Shown here: positions 24,900 to 37,139 of the stretch, piece by piece
Numbering within the stretch: the stretch's first letter is position 1
Layout of the letters: every line of letters begins with the position of its first letter
Assembly: GCA_030390025.1 (NCBI GenBank)
Contig: CM059432.1
Location: 110,238,001 to 110,302,000, forward strand
DNA length: 64,000 bases
Source: Squalus acanthias
Taxonomy: Eukaryota
Direction: 5' to 3'
Made by a program: the position numbers and the translations under genes
Notes under the pieces: generated by a model
The model's database searches: none
What the model saw: the letters and a program-made list of their open reading frames with translations, nothing else
Told to the model about the DNA's origin: nothing

Positions 24900-25251
24900 C
24901 AGGGAACTCTCTTTTAACCGGCACCCAAATAACCGGAAATCTCTCTTAACCGGCAAAATTCTTGAGTAGGTAACCGGGGTTTTCCTTCATCTCTCCTTTA
25001 AAAATAACCCCGAGGCGTTTGCCGTGTATCGGAGCATGTAGATTGGGAGGGGAATGTGCAGCCCGGGTAGGCAGCAGACACGACAGATGGTCAGCTGGCG
25101 GTCCCCGGGGAGACGGAGCTCCGAATGCAGGCGCATGTCAGTGTGTACGGAGCTCTCGTACGTTGGGAGATATAACTCTCCGTTATCCGGACTTTTTGAT
25201 TAACCGGCACCACGCCGGTCCCGTCGGTGCCGGTTAATAAAGAGTTTCCTG
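24900..25251. mobile_element. Tc1/mariner (pogo/Tigger-like) MITE, 352 bp
   Basis: TA TSD (24898-99, 25252-53). 26-bp TIR cagggaactctcttttaaccggcacc matches 23/26. Subterminal TAACCGG repeats. Confidence 0.85.
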
Positions 25252-25523
25252 TAAAAAGTTGTGGGGATTCAGGGTAAAACTGGGAACGGGTAAGAAAGTG
25301 GCTGAATGGTAGAAAACAACATGTACTGGTTAGAGGAGTTGGGGGTGGGGTGCTCCAGGGTTTGGTGTTGAGACCACTACTATTTCTAATTTACATCATA
25401 ATCTCAACGCAAATTGGTCAAGTTTACAGACAATATCAAACTAGGAAGGGCAATGGAATTGAAGGAGGCAGCCCAGACGTTAAAGAATGAGTTAAACGAA
25501 TGAGAGTGGGCTAAACAATGGCA

Positions 25524-26942
25524 ACAACAACAACAACAACTTGTATTTATATAGCGCCTTTAACGTAGTAAAACGTCTCAAGACGCTTCTCAGGAGGGTT
25601 AGAAAATAAAATTTGACAACGAGCCACCTAAGAAGATATTGGCCCAAAAATTCGTGAGTGAGCCTTCGTGCGAGGGTAAGGCCTCCCCGCGATCTCTCAC
25701 TGCGCGCTGGCTTTTTCAGTTCCAGCTCGCACGAACTTGATGTTCTGGACAGCAGCTGTGCAGGGCTTTCGTATCCCACAGGCGTAGTTAATTCGTGCGA
25801 GCTGTGGGATCACGTGACTCAGTTAGAGCCAGTGGCAGCACACCATCTTTCATTCATAGCTTTCACAGCACGGCTGTGAAAGCTATGAATACTATACCCC
25901 ACCAAAAGAACAGCTAAACCTCAATTAAATTTTAAAAAAAACCCATCACATTAATAAAATAAGTATAGTTAAATAAATTAACCATTTTAAACAAAAAATT
26001 AAATTTTTGAAAAAATTTAAAATCTTTTAAAAAGTTATAAAAATAAACTTACCTGTCTTTAAAGTCTCTAAAAAAGATATACCTGTTAAAAAAAAATTCA
26101 AAATAATACTTAATTAAGTACTTACCTTGTTAAAAGAGGGTCTTACACCTCCTTTCTTTATGTCTAAAATCTTCCATGCTTACCTGCGCGTCCAAAGCAC
26201 TAAGTGCACTGCGTGCGCGCAGCCTGTAGCGCGCACGCGGTTCACCTAGGAACCGCCCCCTTTTGAATTCACCAAGTGCCGGTTTTCAGCGCATGCGCAG
26301 TGCATGCAGAAAACCGGCAATTGGAGACAGAATACGCGAGAGTACACAGTGCGTACTCTTGCGTAGCGGCACTAATTTTTGGGCCATTAGGGCAGAGCTT
26401 GGTCAAAGAGGTAGGTTTTAAGAAGTGTCTAAAAGAAGGAAAGAGAGGTAGAGATGAGGAGAGGTTTAGCGAGAGAATTCCAGAGTTTAGAGCCTTGGCA
26501 GCTGAAGGCACGGCCACCGATGGTAGAGCAATTATAATTAGGGATGCTCAAGAGGTCAGAATTAGAGGAGCGCAGATATCTCAGAGGGTTGTGAGGCTGG
26601 AGGAGATTACAGAGATGGGGAGGGGCGAGGCCATGGAGGGATTTGAAAACAAGGATGTGAATTTTAAAAATCGAGGCGTTGCTTAACCGGGAGCCAATGT
26701 AGGTCAGTAAGCACAGGGGTGATGGATGAATGGAACTTGGTGTGAGTTAAGACACGGGCAGTAGAGTTTTGGATGACCTCAAGTTTATGTAGGGTAGAAC
26801 GTAAGAGGCCGGCCAGGAGTGCGTTGGAATAGTCAAGTCTAGAGGTAAAATAGGTATGGATGAGGGTTTCAGCAGCAGATGAGCTGAGGCAAGGGCGGTG
26901 GAAATAGGTGGTCTTAGTTATGGCGCGGCTATGTGGTCGGAA
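25524..26942 (-). mobile_element. L2 LINE 3' end with (TTG)n tail, interrupted by a MITE
   Basis: SRLDYSNALLAGL...IQNSTARVL...ITPVLTDLHWLPVKQRLDF is a typical L2 ORF2 C-terminus. Confidence 0.85.
25641..26385. mobile_element. Harbinger-type MITE, 745 bp, ATT TSD
   Basis: TIR ggcccaaaaattcgtg / cactaatttttgggcc (15/16). ATT on both flanks, and removal restores the L2 sequence. Confidence 0.8.
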
Positions 26943-28177
26943 GGCATATGAAATTTGCTGCAAACAAAAGTAAAGTACTGCACAACGGAAGGAAAAATTG
27001 GCAATATATACTCCATGAATGGTGTTGAAATAGTTAAAGGATGCAGCTGACATCCACTGAGAAGTCTTAGACTTGACACTCAACAGGTCCAACTAATACA
27101 GAGCAGCAACCAATAAAGCCAACAGAATATTGAACTACGTAGGCAAAACAGTAAAAGATCGGTCAGATGAAGCTATGATCAAACTGTACAAGGCTCTGGA
27201 TGGACCACACCTTGAATACTGCGTCACCGAGAAAGAAGGAAGACATTTCAGTGTTGGAGGCAGTGCAGAGATGAGCCATGGCACAAGGCTGATCCCTAGT
27301 GTAAAGGTCTGTATTATAAGGATAGACTGAAGAGACTTTGGCTTTTCAGCCTGGAAAGGAAGTGCCTGAGACATGATGATACAAAGGTATACAAAATGGT
27401 AAACATTAGAGAAAAGATTAATGTGGAATATTACTTAAATTAAACTGTGGGGGTAGGACAAGGAGACATGGGTTCAAACTAGTAAGAGGTAACTTTAGAA
27501 CTGATATCAGAAAGTTCTTCTTCACATAAAGAGTGTTTAACACATGGAATGGAGTTCCAGATAAAGTAATTGAAGGCAAAAAGACTGGAATAGTTTAAGA
27601 AACAATTGGATACAGCAACGGCTGGGGGGGGGAACAGGGGGGGCTTTACAGTCTTTCTGGGTGCAACAATAAAGAGGGCCCGAATGGCCCTTGTGAGCTG
27701 CTGAAAACCTGGCAATTGCTGACAAAATTTGAAAAATTGGACCCATAGATAAGTCATAAGATTCCCCATACACAATCCAGGAAAAAGTGAGTAAATCTGG
27801 GGTTAAGAGAAAGGGACCCGGATTTACACAAAAGTGCTTTGCAAATCTTTTTCCATTTGATTATGAACATGCAAAACAGAGATTCTCAAAATGCCTAATT
27901 GCATGTAACATGATGGAAATGAACTTTTCTCTTTACAAGCAAAGTAAACAAGGCTGAAAATGGAGATATCCCACAAAGACAGGGATCCTTTACATTTCAG
28001 CAAAAGGGGACAGAGCTCGAGGTAGGAGAAGCCGTGTATGAAGCTTCACAATAGATTGAGTGTGGACTTGTTGAATTGTTCTCTAAACCCTGCAGTACTT
28101 TGAGAATTTGCATCACTTTTACTTTACAAAAAAGATTCAAATGAGCTCTGAGCACTGAACATAAGAACATAAGAAAT

Positions 28178-29733
28178 AGGAGCAGGAGTAGGCCAATCGG
28201 CCCCTCGAGCCTGCTCCGCCATTCAATAAGATCATGGCTGATCTGATCCTAACCTTGAATCTAAAGAACACAAGAAGTAGGAGCAGGACCCGGCCACTCA
28301 GCCCCTGGGCCCGCTCCGCCACCCACAAGGCCCTGACCGATCCGAACTCAGCCTCATGTCCAATTTCCTGCCCGCTCACCGTAACCCCTAATTCCCTTTA
28401 CCTCTAGGAAACTATCTATTTCGGTTTTAAATTTATTTAATGATGTAGCTTCCACAGCTTCCTGGGGCAGCAAATTCCACAGACCTACTACCCTCTGAGT
28501 GAAGAAGTTTCTCCTCATCTCAGTTTTGAAAGAGCAGCCCCTTATTCTAAGATTATGCCCCCTAGTTCTAGTTTCACCCATCCTTGGGAGCATCCTTACT
28601 GCATCCACCCGATCAAGCCCCTTCACAATCTTATATGTTTCAATAAGATCGCCTCTCATTCTTCTGAACTCCAATGAGTAGAGTCCCAATCTACTCAACC
28701 TCTCCTCATATGTCCACCCCTTCATCCCCGGGATTAACCGAGTGAACCTTCTTTGTACTGCCTCGAGAGCAAGTATGTCTTTTCTTAAGTATGGACACCA
28801 AAACTGTATGCAGTATTCCAGGTGCGGTCTCACCAATACCTTATATAACTGCAGCAATACCTCCCTGTTTTTATAATCTATCCCCCTAGCAATAAAAGCC
28901 AACATTCCGTTGGCCTTCTTGATCACCTGCTGCACCTGCATACTAACTTTTTGATTTTCTTGCACTAGGACCCCCAGATCCCTTTCCAGTTTCTCGCCAT
29001 TAAGATAATAACTTGCTCTCGGATTTTTCCTGCCAAAGTGCATAACCTCACATTTTCCAATATTGTATTGCATCTGCCAAATCTCCGCCCACTCACCCAG
29101 CCTGTCTATATCCCCTTGTAGGTTTTTTATGTCCTCCTCACTTTCTACTTTCCCTCCCATCTTTGTATCATCTGCAAACTTTGATATGTTACACTCGGTC
29201 CCCTCCTCCAAATCGTTAATATAGATTGTAAAGAGTTGGGGACCTAGCACCGACCCCTGCGGAACACCACTGGCTACTGGTTGCCAATCCGAGAATGAAC
29301 CATTTATCCCAACTCTCTGCTTCCTGTTAGATAACCAATCCTCCACCCATGCCAGAATATTACCCCCAATCCAGTGATTTTTTTATCTTGAGCAATAATC
29401 TTTTATGTGGCACCTTGTCGAATGCCTTCTGGAAGTCTAAATACACTACGTCCACTGGTTCCCCTTTATCCACCCTGTACGTTATATCCTCAAAGAACTC
29501 AAGCAAATTTGTTAGACATGACTTCCCCTTCATAAAGCCATGCTGACTTTGTCCTATTAAATTATGTTTATCTAAATGTTCCGTTACTGTCTCCTTAATA
29601 ATAGACTCCAAAATTTTACCCACCACAGATGTTAGGCTAACTGGTCTATAATTTCCAGCCTTCTGCCTACTACCCTTTTTAAATAAGGGTGTTACATTAG
29701 CAGTTTTCCAATCTGCCGGGACCTTTGCTGAGT
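28178..29733 (-). mobile_element. Young 5'-truncated CR1 with duplicated 3' module
   Basis: Open 330-aa RT C-terminus (28354..29346, FADD intact) and upstream ORF 29360..29842. Confidence 0.92.
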
Positions 29734-30059
29734 CCATGATAACAAAACCAGTTCCCAGAACAGTCCGGTCGACCGGGAAGATGTTGGGGACAGGAAACCA
29801 ACCTTTCCACTGCTCACGGCAGAACAAGCAATCCAGTAGCACAGCAGACTTGAGTATTCAGATACAGGGCTACCTACTTCTTCCCCTTCTGCAAAAATGA
29901 GGCACAGGTTTGGTGTGGCAGGACATAGATACACCCCGATCCCAGCTGATTTTCCAGCTTTGGATCCTCTGAATGTTTTTGTGGGCTCCCTGGGTTCTAC
30001 CAAGCAATATAACAGAAGTGGAAAGAAAGTAAGCAAAAAAGAAAGCAAACAAGCAAGAA

Positions 30060-30250
30060 AAAGAAAAAAATTTCAGCAATATGTAGCACCTTTCATAATC
30101 GCAGGATGTCTCCAAGTGCTTCAATGTCAATGAAGTACTTTGAAGTGTAGTCACTGTTGCAATGTAGGGAAACATGGCAGCCAATTTGCACACAGTAGAG
30201 TCACAAACAACAATGAGATCAGTGACAAGTTAATCCGTTTTTGGTAGTAT
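30060..30250 (-). mobile_element. Deu-type SINE 3' fragment
   Basis: Matches the 14930-15090 tail (aatgaagtacttt...gtagtcactgttg). Confidence 0.65.
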
Positions 30251-31529
30251 TACTAGGCCAGTATTTGCTAGGCAGCCTCGGTGGTCGCCAAGTTGCCTAT
30301 GAAACATTTAACTTTTATAAAAATATTACATTTTCAAATCAATTGCGCAAGATTCCGGACTTTTAACATTGAACTTTTCTCCCCCTCCTATTGCTATAAC
30401 AGCATTGGCACCAGGGATGAACAGGTGTCCCTTAGGTCCAGCATTGCTATGGGTGAAAGAATGGAAAATACGTCAATGACATATTTCCATTATTTGAATA
30501 TCATTTCGCTGCAACCGCCCACATGGGCAAATGTATTGAACACCACCCAGCACTGCCGGTGGGAAATCCAATGGGTGTGAAACTAGGTGGGTACATTTTC
30601 CACCCAGAAATCAGTGGAGTGAAGGCAAAGATCCCAGCCAAAATGTCCAAATCTGAAGCCCCAAAATTTCAAAGGTCACTGAGGTTTCAATCTCTCTAAA
30701 TCACCAGGTAAACAGGTCTCTAGGACAGATATACCATTGACTATGTCGATACAGCCATGGAAATGAGTATCTTGGACTTTGGCCCTTGAAGACATTGATA
30801 AAATGAACACCTCCAACGGACGATGCTTCTAAGATGCCAAGAAAATGACATAGAATTACATCAAATTTTACAACACAGAAAGAGGCCATTTTGCCCAACA
30901 GGTCTATGCCAGTGTTTATGCTCCACACAAGCCTCCTCCCATCTTACTTCATCTCACCCTATTAACATATCGCCTTCTATTCCTTTCTCCCTCGTGTACT
31001 TATCCAGTTTCCCCTTAAATGCATCTATGCTATCCGCCTCAACCACTCCATGTGGTAGCGAGTTCCACATTCTCACCACTCTGAGTAAAGAAGTTTCTCC
31101 TGAATTCCTTATTAGATTTATTAGTGACTATATTATATTTGCATTCCTTAGTTTTGGACTCCTCCACAAATGGAAACATCCTCCCCATGTCTACCCTATC
31201 AAACCCCTTCATAATTTTAAAGACCTCTATCAGGTCACCCCTCAGCCTTCTCTTTTCTAGAGAAAAGAGCCCCGGTCTGTTCAATCTTTCCTGATGGGTA
31301 TAACCACTCAGTTCTGGTATCATGCTAGTAAATCTTTTTTGCACCTTCTCCAGTGCCTCTATGTCCTTTTTATAATATGGAGACCAGAACTGTTTACAGT
31401 ACTCCAAATGTGGTCTAACCATGGTTCAATATAAGTTTAGCATAACTTCTCTGCTTTTCAATTCTATCCATCCTTAGTGCTTTGTTTGCTTTTTTTACAG
31501 CCTTATTAACTTGCGTCGCTACTTTTAGT

Positions 31530-31958
31530 GAAACCTGAAATCAAGATGAAAAAACATTTTTTTTTTTTTAAATGTAGTTTCCTAAAAATTTTAACTTTTA
31601 TTACAATGGACAAATTTGACACTCCACAAAATTATAATTAGTTTTTCAGGGCCATAGTTATTACTCAGATCACCGTTTAAAAACCCAGTTACACCTCATT
31701 TGAATGGGTCTAACTTTTTATGGTGTTTCTAACAGCGATATTTGTTCGGAAAAGGGGAAGGGTTTGCCAGCTTGGGGCGAGGGGAGGGGCAGGGTCCACA
31801 GCGCAGCCTGAATGACAGACCACAACTTCAGGATTTCCGCGTTAGGCTGCGCGTGTGCTACATCCTGAAGTTGCGATCAGTTTCAAAGGCGGAATGACGG
31901 TGAATGCTGCCAGTTCATGCTGCCAGTTCGTCGTCATCAGGACTGCTGGTTCCAGGCC
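31530..31958. mobile_element. Partial Harbinger-type MITE (right half)
   Basis: AT-rich block followed by a CpG-rich block ending ttccaggcc, inside CR1. Confidence 0.4.
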
Positions 31959-32779
31959 GTTATTTAATATTTCTGCCATTTATCATGAGTCTACTGTGCA
32001 GTACCTTATCAAAGGCTTTTTGGAAATCCAAATATGTTATGTCTACTATGTTACCCTTATCTACCCTTCCTGTTACTTCTTCAAAGAATTCAGTAAGTTT
32101 TGTCAAGCATGACCTTCACTTTTGGAATCTGTGCTGACGACTCTATTATATCTTCAGTTTCTAGATGTTTTTCTATTACATCTTTTAATAAGGCTCCATT
32201 ATCTTTTCTTCCACCGATGTTAAGCTAATTAGTCTATAGTTCCCTGGACATGTTCATTCTCCCTTTTTAAATATAGGAATCACATTAGCTGTCCGCCAGT
32301 CCTCTGGCACTATTCACTTTTCTAATGAATTTATATATATATATATGTAATAGTGCCTCTGCTACCTCTTCTCTAACTTCTTTTAACATGCACAGATGCA
32401 ATCCATCCAGACCAGGGGGTTTATTTTCTCTCAGTGTGACTAGTTTTTTAAATTATCTCCCCCCTTTCTATCTTAAATATCTTTATACCTTTTGTGATCT
32501 CCTCTTCAAATGTCATGCCCCCTGTTAGTTTCCCTGGTAAATACTGAGGCAAAGTAATTATTCAATATTTCTGCTATTTCATGGTCACTATCGCTGAATT
32601 TAGCATGTGCATTTGTTAGTGGCCCTATCGCTATCCTGATTTTTCTTTTGCTATTCATGTCTCTGTAGAATACTTTACTATTTCGTTTCATAATCCTTGA
32701 TAATTCAATTTGGTAGTTTCTCATTGCCAGCTGAATTGTTTTTTTCACTTCCTTCATAACCTTTACATAATCCCTTTGA

Positions 32780-34688
32780 TCATAGAATAGTACAGCACAG
32801 AAGGAGGCCATTCAGCCCATCGAGTCTGTGCCAGCTCTTTCGAAGAGCAATCCAGTTAGTCCCACTTCCCCCGCTCTTTCCCCACATCCCTGCAATTTTT
32901 TCTCCTTCAAGTATTTATCCGATTCCCTTTTGAAGGCTACTATTGAATCTGTATCCACCGCCCTATCAGGCAGCGCATTCCAAATCCGAACCACTCGTTG
33001 CGTAAAAAAGTTTTTCCTCATGTCACCTCTGGTTCTTTTGCCAATCACCTTAAATCTGTGTCCTCTGGTTACTGACCCTTCAGCCACTGGAAACAGTTTC
33101 TCTTTATTTACTCTAACTAAACCCTTCATGATTTTAAACACCTCTATCAAATCTCCTCTTAACCTTCTCTGCTCCAAGGAAAACAATACCAGCTTCTCCA
33201 GTCTATCCAGGCAACTGTAATCCCTCATCACTGGAACCACTCTCGTCTGTACACTTTCCAAAGCCTTCACATCCTTCCTAAAGTGTGGTGCCCAGAATTG
33301 AACACAATACTCCAGCTGGGGCCCAACTAGTGTTTTATAGAGGTTTAGCATAACTTCTTCACTAAGGAAAACAACCCCAGCTTCTCCAGTCTATCCACGC
33401 AACTATAATCCCTCATCCTTGGAACCATTCCAGTAAATCTCTTCTATACCCTCTCCAAAGCCTTCACGTACTTCCTAGTGTTTTATATAGGTTCAGCATA
33501 ACTTCCTGGCTTTTGTACTTTATAAAGCCCAGGATCCCATATGCTTTATTAACTGCTTTGTTAACCTGTCCTGCCACCTGCAAAGATCTGTGCAAACACT
33601 CCCACCGCTTTAAAATTGTACCAGTTAGCACGTATTGTCTCCCCTAATTCTTCCTACCAAAATGCGTCACCTCACACTTTTCTGCGTTGAATTTCATCTG
33701 CCATGTGTCCGCCCATTCCACCAGCCTGTCTATGTCCTCTTGAAGTCTTTTACCACCTTTCTCACTGTTTACTACACTTCCAAGTTTTGTGCCACCTGCA
33801 AATTTCAGAATTGTGCCCTGTACCCCTAAGCCCAAGTCATTCATGTATATCAAAGACAGCAGTGGTCCTAGTACTGAACCTTGGGGAACTGCACTGTATA
33901 CTTCCCTCCAGTCTAAAAGAACAGCCATTCACCCCAACTCTCTGTTTTCTATCCCTTAGCCAATTTTGTATCCATGCTGCTACTGCCCCTTTTATCCCAT
34001 GGGCTTCAATTTTGCTAACAAGCCTAGTATGTGGTACTTTATCAAATGCCTTTTGAAAGTCCATATACACAGCATCAACTGCACTGCCCTCATCCACCCT
34101 CTCTGTTACCTCATCAAAAAACTCAATCAAGTTAGTTAAACACGATTTGCCCTTAACAAATCCCTGCTGGCTCTCCTTTATTGGTCCATGCTTGTCCAAG
34201 TGGCTGTTAATTTTCTCCCGGATTATTGTTTCTAAAAGCTTCCCCACCACCAATGTTAAACTGACTGGGCTGTAATTGCCAGGTTTATCCTTCTCTCCAT
34301 TTTTGAACAAGGGTGTAACATTTGCAATCCTCCAGTCCTCTGGCACCACCCCTGTATCTAAGGAGGATTGAAAGATTGTGGCCAGAACCTCGCAATTTCT
34401 GCCCTTACTTCCCTCAGCAACCTAGGATGCATCCCATCTGGACCGGGTGACTTATCCACTTAAAGTACTGTCAGCCTGTCTAGTACCTCCTCTTCATCTA
34501 TTTTTATCTCATCCAGTATCCCAGCAACCTCCTTGTTTACCATAGCTTTGGCAAAGTTCTCTTCCTTGATCAACACCGATGCAAAGTACTCATTTAGTTC
34601 CTCAGCCATGCCTTCTGCCTCCACCAATAGATCTCCATTTTGGTCCCTAATCCGCTCCACCGCTCCTCTAACAACCCTTTTACTGTCA
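32780..34688 (-). mobile_element. CR1 (RT to 3' end) nested in the older CR1, with an internal duplication at about 33360-33510
   Basis: ORFs 32812..33351, 33644..33928 and 33837..34349. Confidence 0.88.
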
Positions 34689-34999
34689 TTTGTCGTCTAT
34701 GTACTTAGTGTGTGCCTTTTTCTTTAGTTTCACTTTGGCCTTATTTCTTTATTCATCCATGGTGTGTCATTACTGGCTAATGTGTTCTTGCTTTGTAGTG
34801 GGATATATTTCTCCTGGACTCTATTGATCACCGTTTTAAATGTTTCCCACTGCTGTTCTATTTCTATGTTTGTCAGTAAAATTTTCCCGTTTACTTTCCC
34901 TAGTTTCATTCTCATCCATTTAAAATCAGCTTTTTTCCAAGTTATTACTTTGGTCTTTGTCTTACTTATGTCATCTCAATCTTTATCTTAAACCTTATT

Positions 35000-35678
35000 G
35001 GCCTGTATTTTGCGGCCCTTACGAGTGAGTATGCACCCGAAAGTTCCGGGTTTTCGTACACGAAGCGCATGCACAAAAACACGGAACTTGTGATGTCAAG
35101 AATCTTCGACAGATTCAACGCATCCCCGGGAAAAGGGCCTCCGCGGGCGGAGAGTTGGGATATTTGCCCAACTACTGCCCAGCGAATTCCCGTGAAATTC
35201 TTATGCCTGTAAGCGTAAGTGTTTAAAAAAAAACATTAAAATAATTTTTTTTCAATCATTTAAACATTAAAAAACCTGTGAAATAAGTTAAGGTTATTTT
35301 TAGCCCCTTTAAAACATTTAAATTTCTTTTTCAAAAAGTTAAATTGTTGTTTTAAATATGTAATTAAATGGCATTTTAATTAATTTTAAATATGTAATTT
35401 TTGTAAAAATGTATTTGATGTGTCGATGTATTTTTTTGGGTATTCCCATTCATGCTTATGGGGTTTCTGTACATATGGAATCCCCATAAGCATGAATGGG
35501 AATTCCCTTCTTTCATTGGTTGGGCCAGCCCACATGTTCCAAGGGGCGCTTGGGTACCCGGAGGGGCCCAGGACCTCTCCGGGTCTCCGTGGATCCCGAG
35601 GCCCCAGGTAGGCGCGAATCTTCTTTGTGGATCGGAGGCATTTCCCCGCGGGAAGCCTCCGACTGCAAATTCAGGGCC
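35000..35678. mobile_element. Harbinger-type MITE, about 680 bp
   Basis: Imperfect TIRs ggcctgtattttgc / gcaaattcagggcc. Flanks att/gtt. Internal long hairpin at 35442-35503. Confidence 0.7.
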
Positions 35679-36119
35679 GTTATGTTGTAATCGCTATTGC
35701 CTAGACGTTCCCCTGAAATTACTTCTCTTATCTGTTCTGGTTCATTTCTCATTACTAGATCTAGCCGTGCTCCCTCTCTTGTTGGGATTTTTACATACTG
35801 GGTAAGAAAGGCGTCCTACACATATTGTAAAATCTCCATTCCCTGTACTCCTTTCGCTACCTCTTCTTGCCAGTTTATTTGGGGGTAGGTGAAATCGCCC
35901 ATGATTATTATTCTATGTCCTTTTCTCATTTCACATATTTGTTGACATATTTCTGCCTCCACCTCCTATCCACTATTATGTGATCTGTAGTATACCCCTA
36001 TTAACATGATCCATCACTTCCCAGCTTTTATTTCAATCCATATGGATTCGGTTTCCAGAAACAGAAAATGCTGGAAATACCCAGCAAGTCAGACAGCATC
36101 GAAAGAGAGAGAAGAACAG

Positions 36120-36156
36120 AGTTAACGTTTCAGGTCGATGATCTTTCTTCAGAACT
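36120..36156 (-). ncRNA. Minimal type I hammerhead ribozyme motif (OXR1-sense strand)
   Basis: AGUU-CUGAAGA-A-AGAUC(AUC)GACCU-GAAA-CGUU-AACU, with one mismatch in helix II. Confidence 0.6.
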
Positions 36157-36468
36157 GGAAGAAGTTAGAGATGTAACAGGTTTTAAGCAAGTACAGTGGG
36201 GAGGAGAGGAAAGAACAAAAGGGAAGGTCTGCGATAGGGTTGCAGGAGAGATTAGATGACAAAAGGGATGATGGTGCAAGGCGAAAGGAGATGGTAATGG
36301 GACAAGTAAAGAAACAAAAGATGGGTCTAGAGGAGGTGTAAATAGGAATAATCAGCAACAGTTGCCGCCCGAAAACATGGGGCCAGAGGTTATGGTCAGA
36401 TCTCCCCTCCCCCCACCTTTCCCTGCCCCTGCACTTGCTTAGAATTTGTTACATCTCTAACTTCTTCC

Positions 36469-36505
36469 AGTTCTGATGAAAGGTCATCGACCTGAAACGT
36501 TAACT
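36469..36505 (+). ncRNA. Minimal type I hammerhead ribozyme motif
   Basis: AGUU-CUGAUGA-A-AGGUC(AUC)GACCU-GAAA-CGUU-AACU: core boxes, helix II, helix I AGUU/AACU and palindromic helix III. Confidence 0.7.
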
Positions 36506-36619
36506 CTGTTTCTCTCTCCACAGATGCTGCCTGACCTGCTGAGTATTTCCAGCATTTTCTGTTTTTATTTCGGATTTCCAGCATCCGCAGTATTTTGCTT
36601 TTGAATTCTGTTTCTATCT

Positions 36620-36752
36620 TAAGAACATAAGAAATATGAGCAGGAGTAGGCCATTTGGCCCATCGAGCCTGCTCCGCCATTCAATGAGATCATGGCTGAT
36701 CTTCTACCTCATCTCCACTTTCCTGCACTATCCCCATATCCCTTAATTCCCT
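36620..36752 (-). mobile_element. Very short CR1 3'-end insertion
   Basis: aagaacataagaaat tail and 3' stem-loop, ending in the KGIKGYG codons. Confidence 0.75.
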
Positions 36753-37139
36753 TTCTGTTCGTTATGTCCCTTTTTTCTACTGCCATTATGTTATCTCTAA
36801 TCAGTACATCTACACCACCCATTCTTCCTTCACTATACTTTCTGATTATGTTATAACCTGCCATATTTAGTTGCCAGCCCTGTTTTTTATGTAGCCATGA
36901 TTCAGTTATTCCAACTACATCCGGTTCCTTGCTACGGATTATTGTCTCCAGTTCCCCCATTTTATTTTGGATGCTGTGTTCATTGCTGTACAGGCAGTTT
37001 AATTTGTCTTTAATAGTTGTTCCTTTTATTTTATTTTTAACAGTCCTTTTATACTTCTGTTCTATAACTGTATTTGTTCCCTGACCATTTATGTTACCCT
37101 TGTTCCTTACCTTGGTCTGACCTTTAGTGAGTTCATCCA

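Larger units (their letters stand above)
24770..27720 (+). mobile_element. Ancient CR1 remnant hosting nested insertions
   Basis: Degenerate CLTNLL/FQKTFD, KFTD and GPHLEYC motifs plus a CR1 tail, split by MITE and L2 insertions. Confidence 0.65.
36056..36604. mobile_element. Penelope-like element remnant: inverted terminal repeats, each with a hammerhead motif
   Basis: 36059-36200 is the approximate reverse complement of 36430-36565. TSD attc(g/t)gtttc at 36046-36055 and 36605-36614. Confidence 0.75.
30848..37130 (-). mobile_element. Decayed CR1 ORF2 (EN to 3' end) hosting several nested elements
   Basis: ORFs 31039..31422, 32506..32811, 34730..34915 and 36709..36960 (GITESW) are collinear once the inserts are removed. 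Confidence 0.8.
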
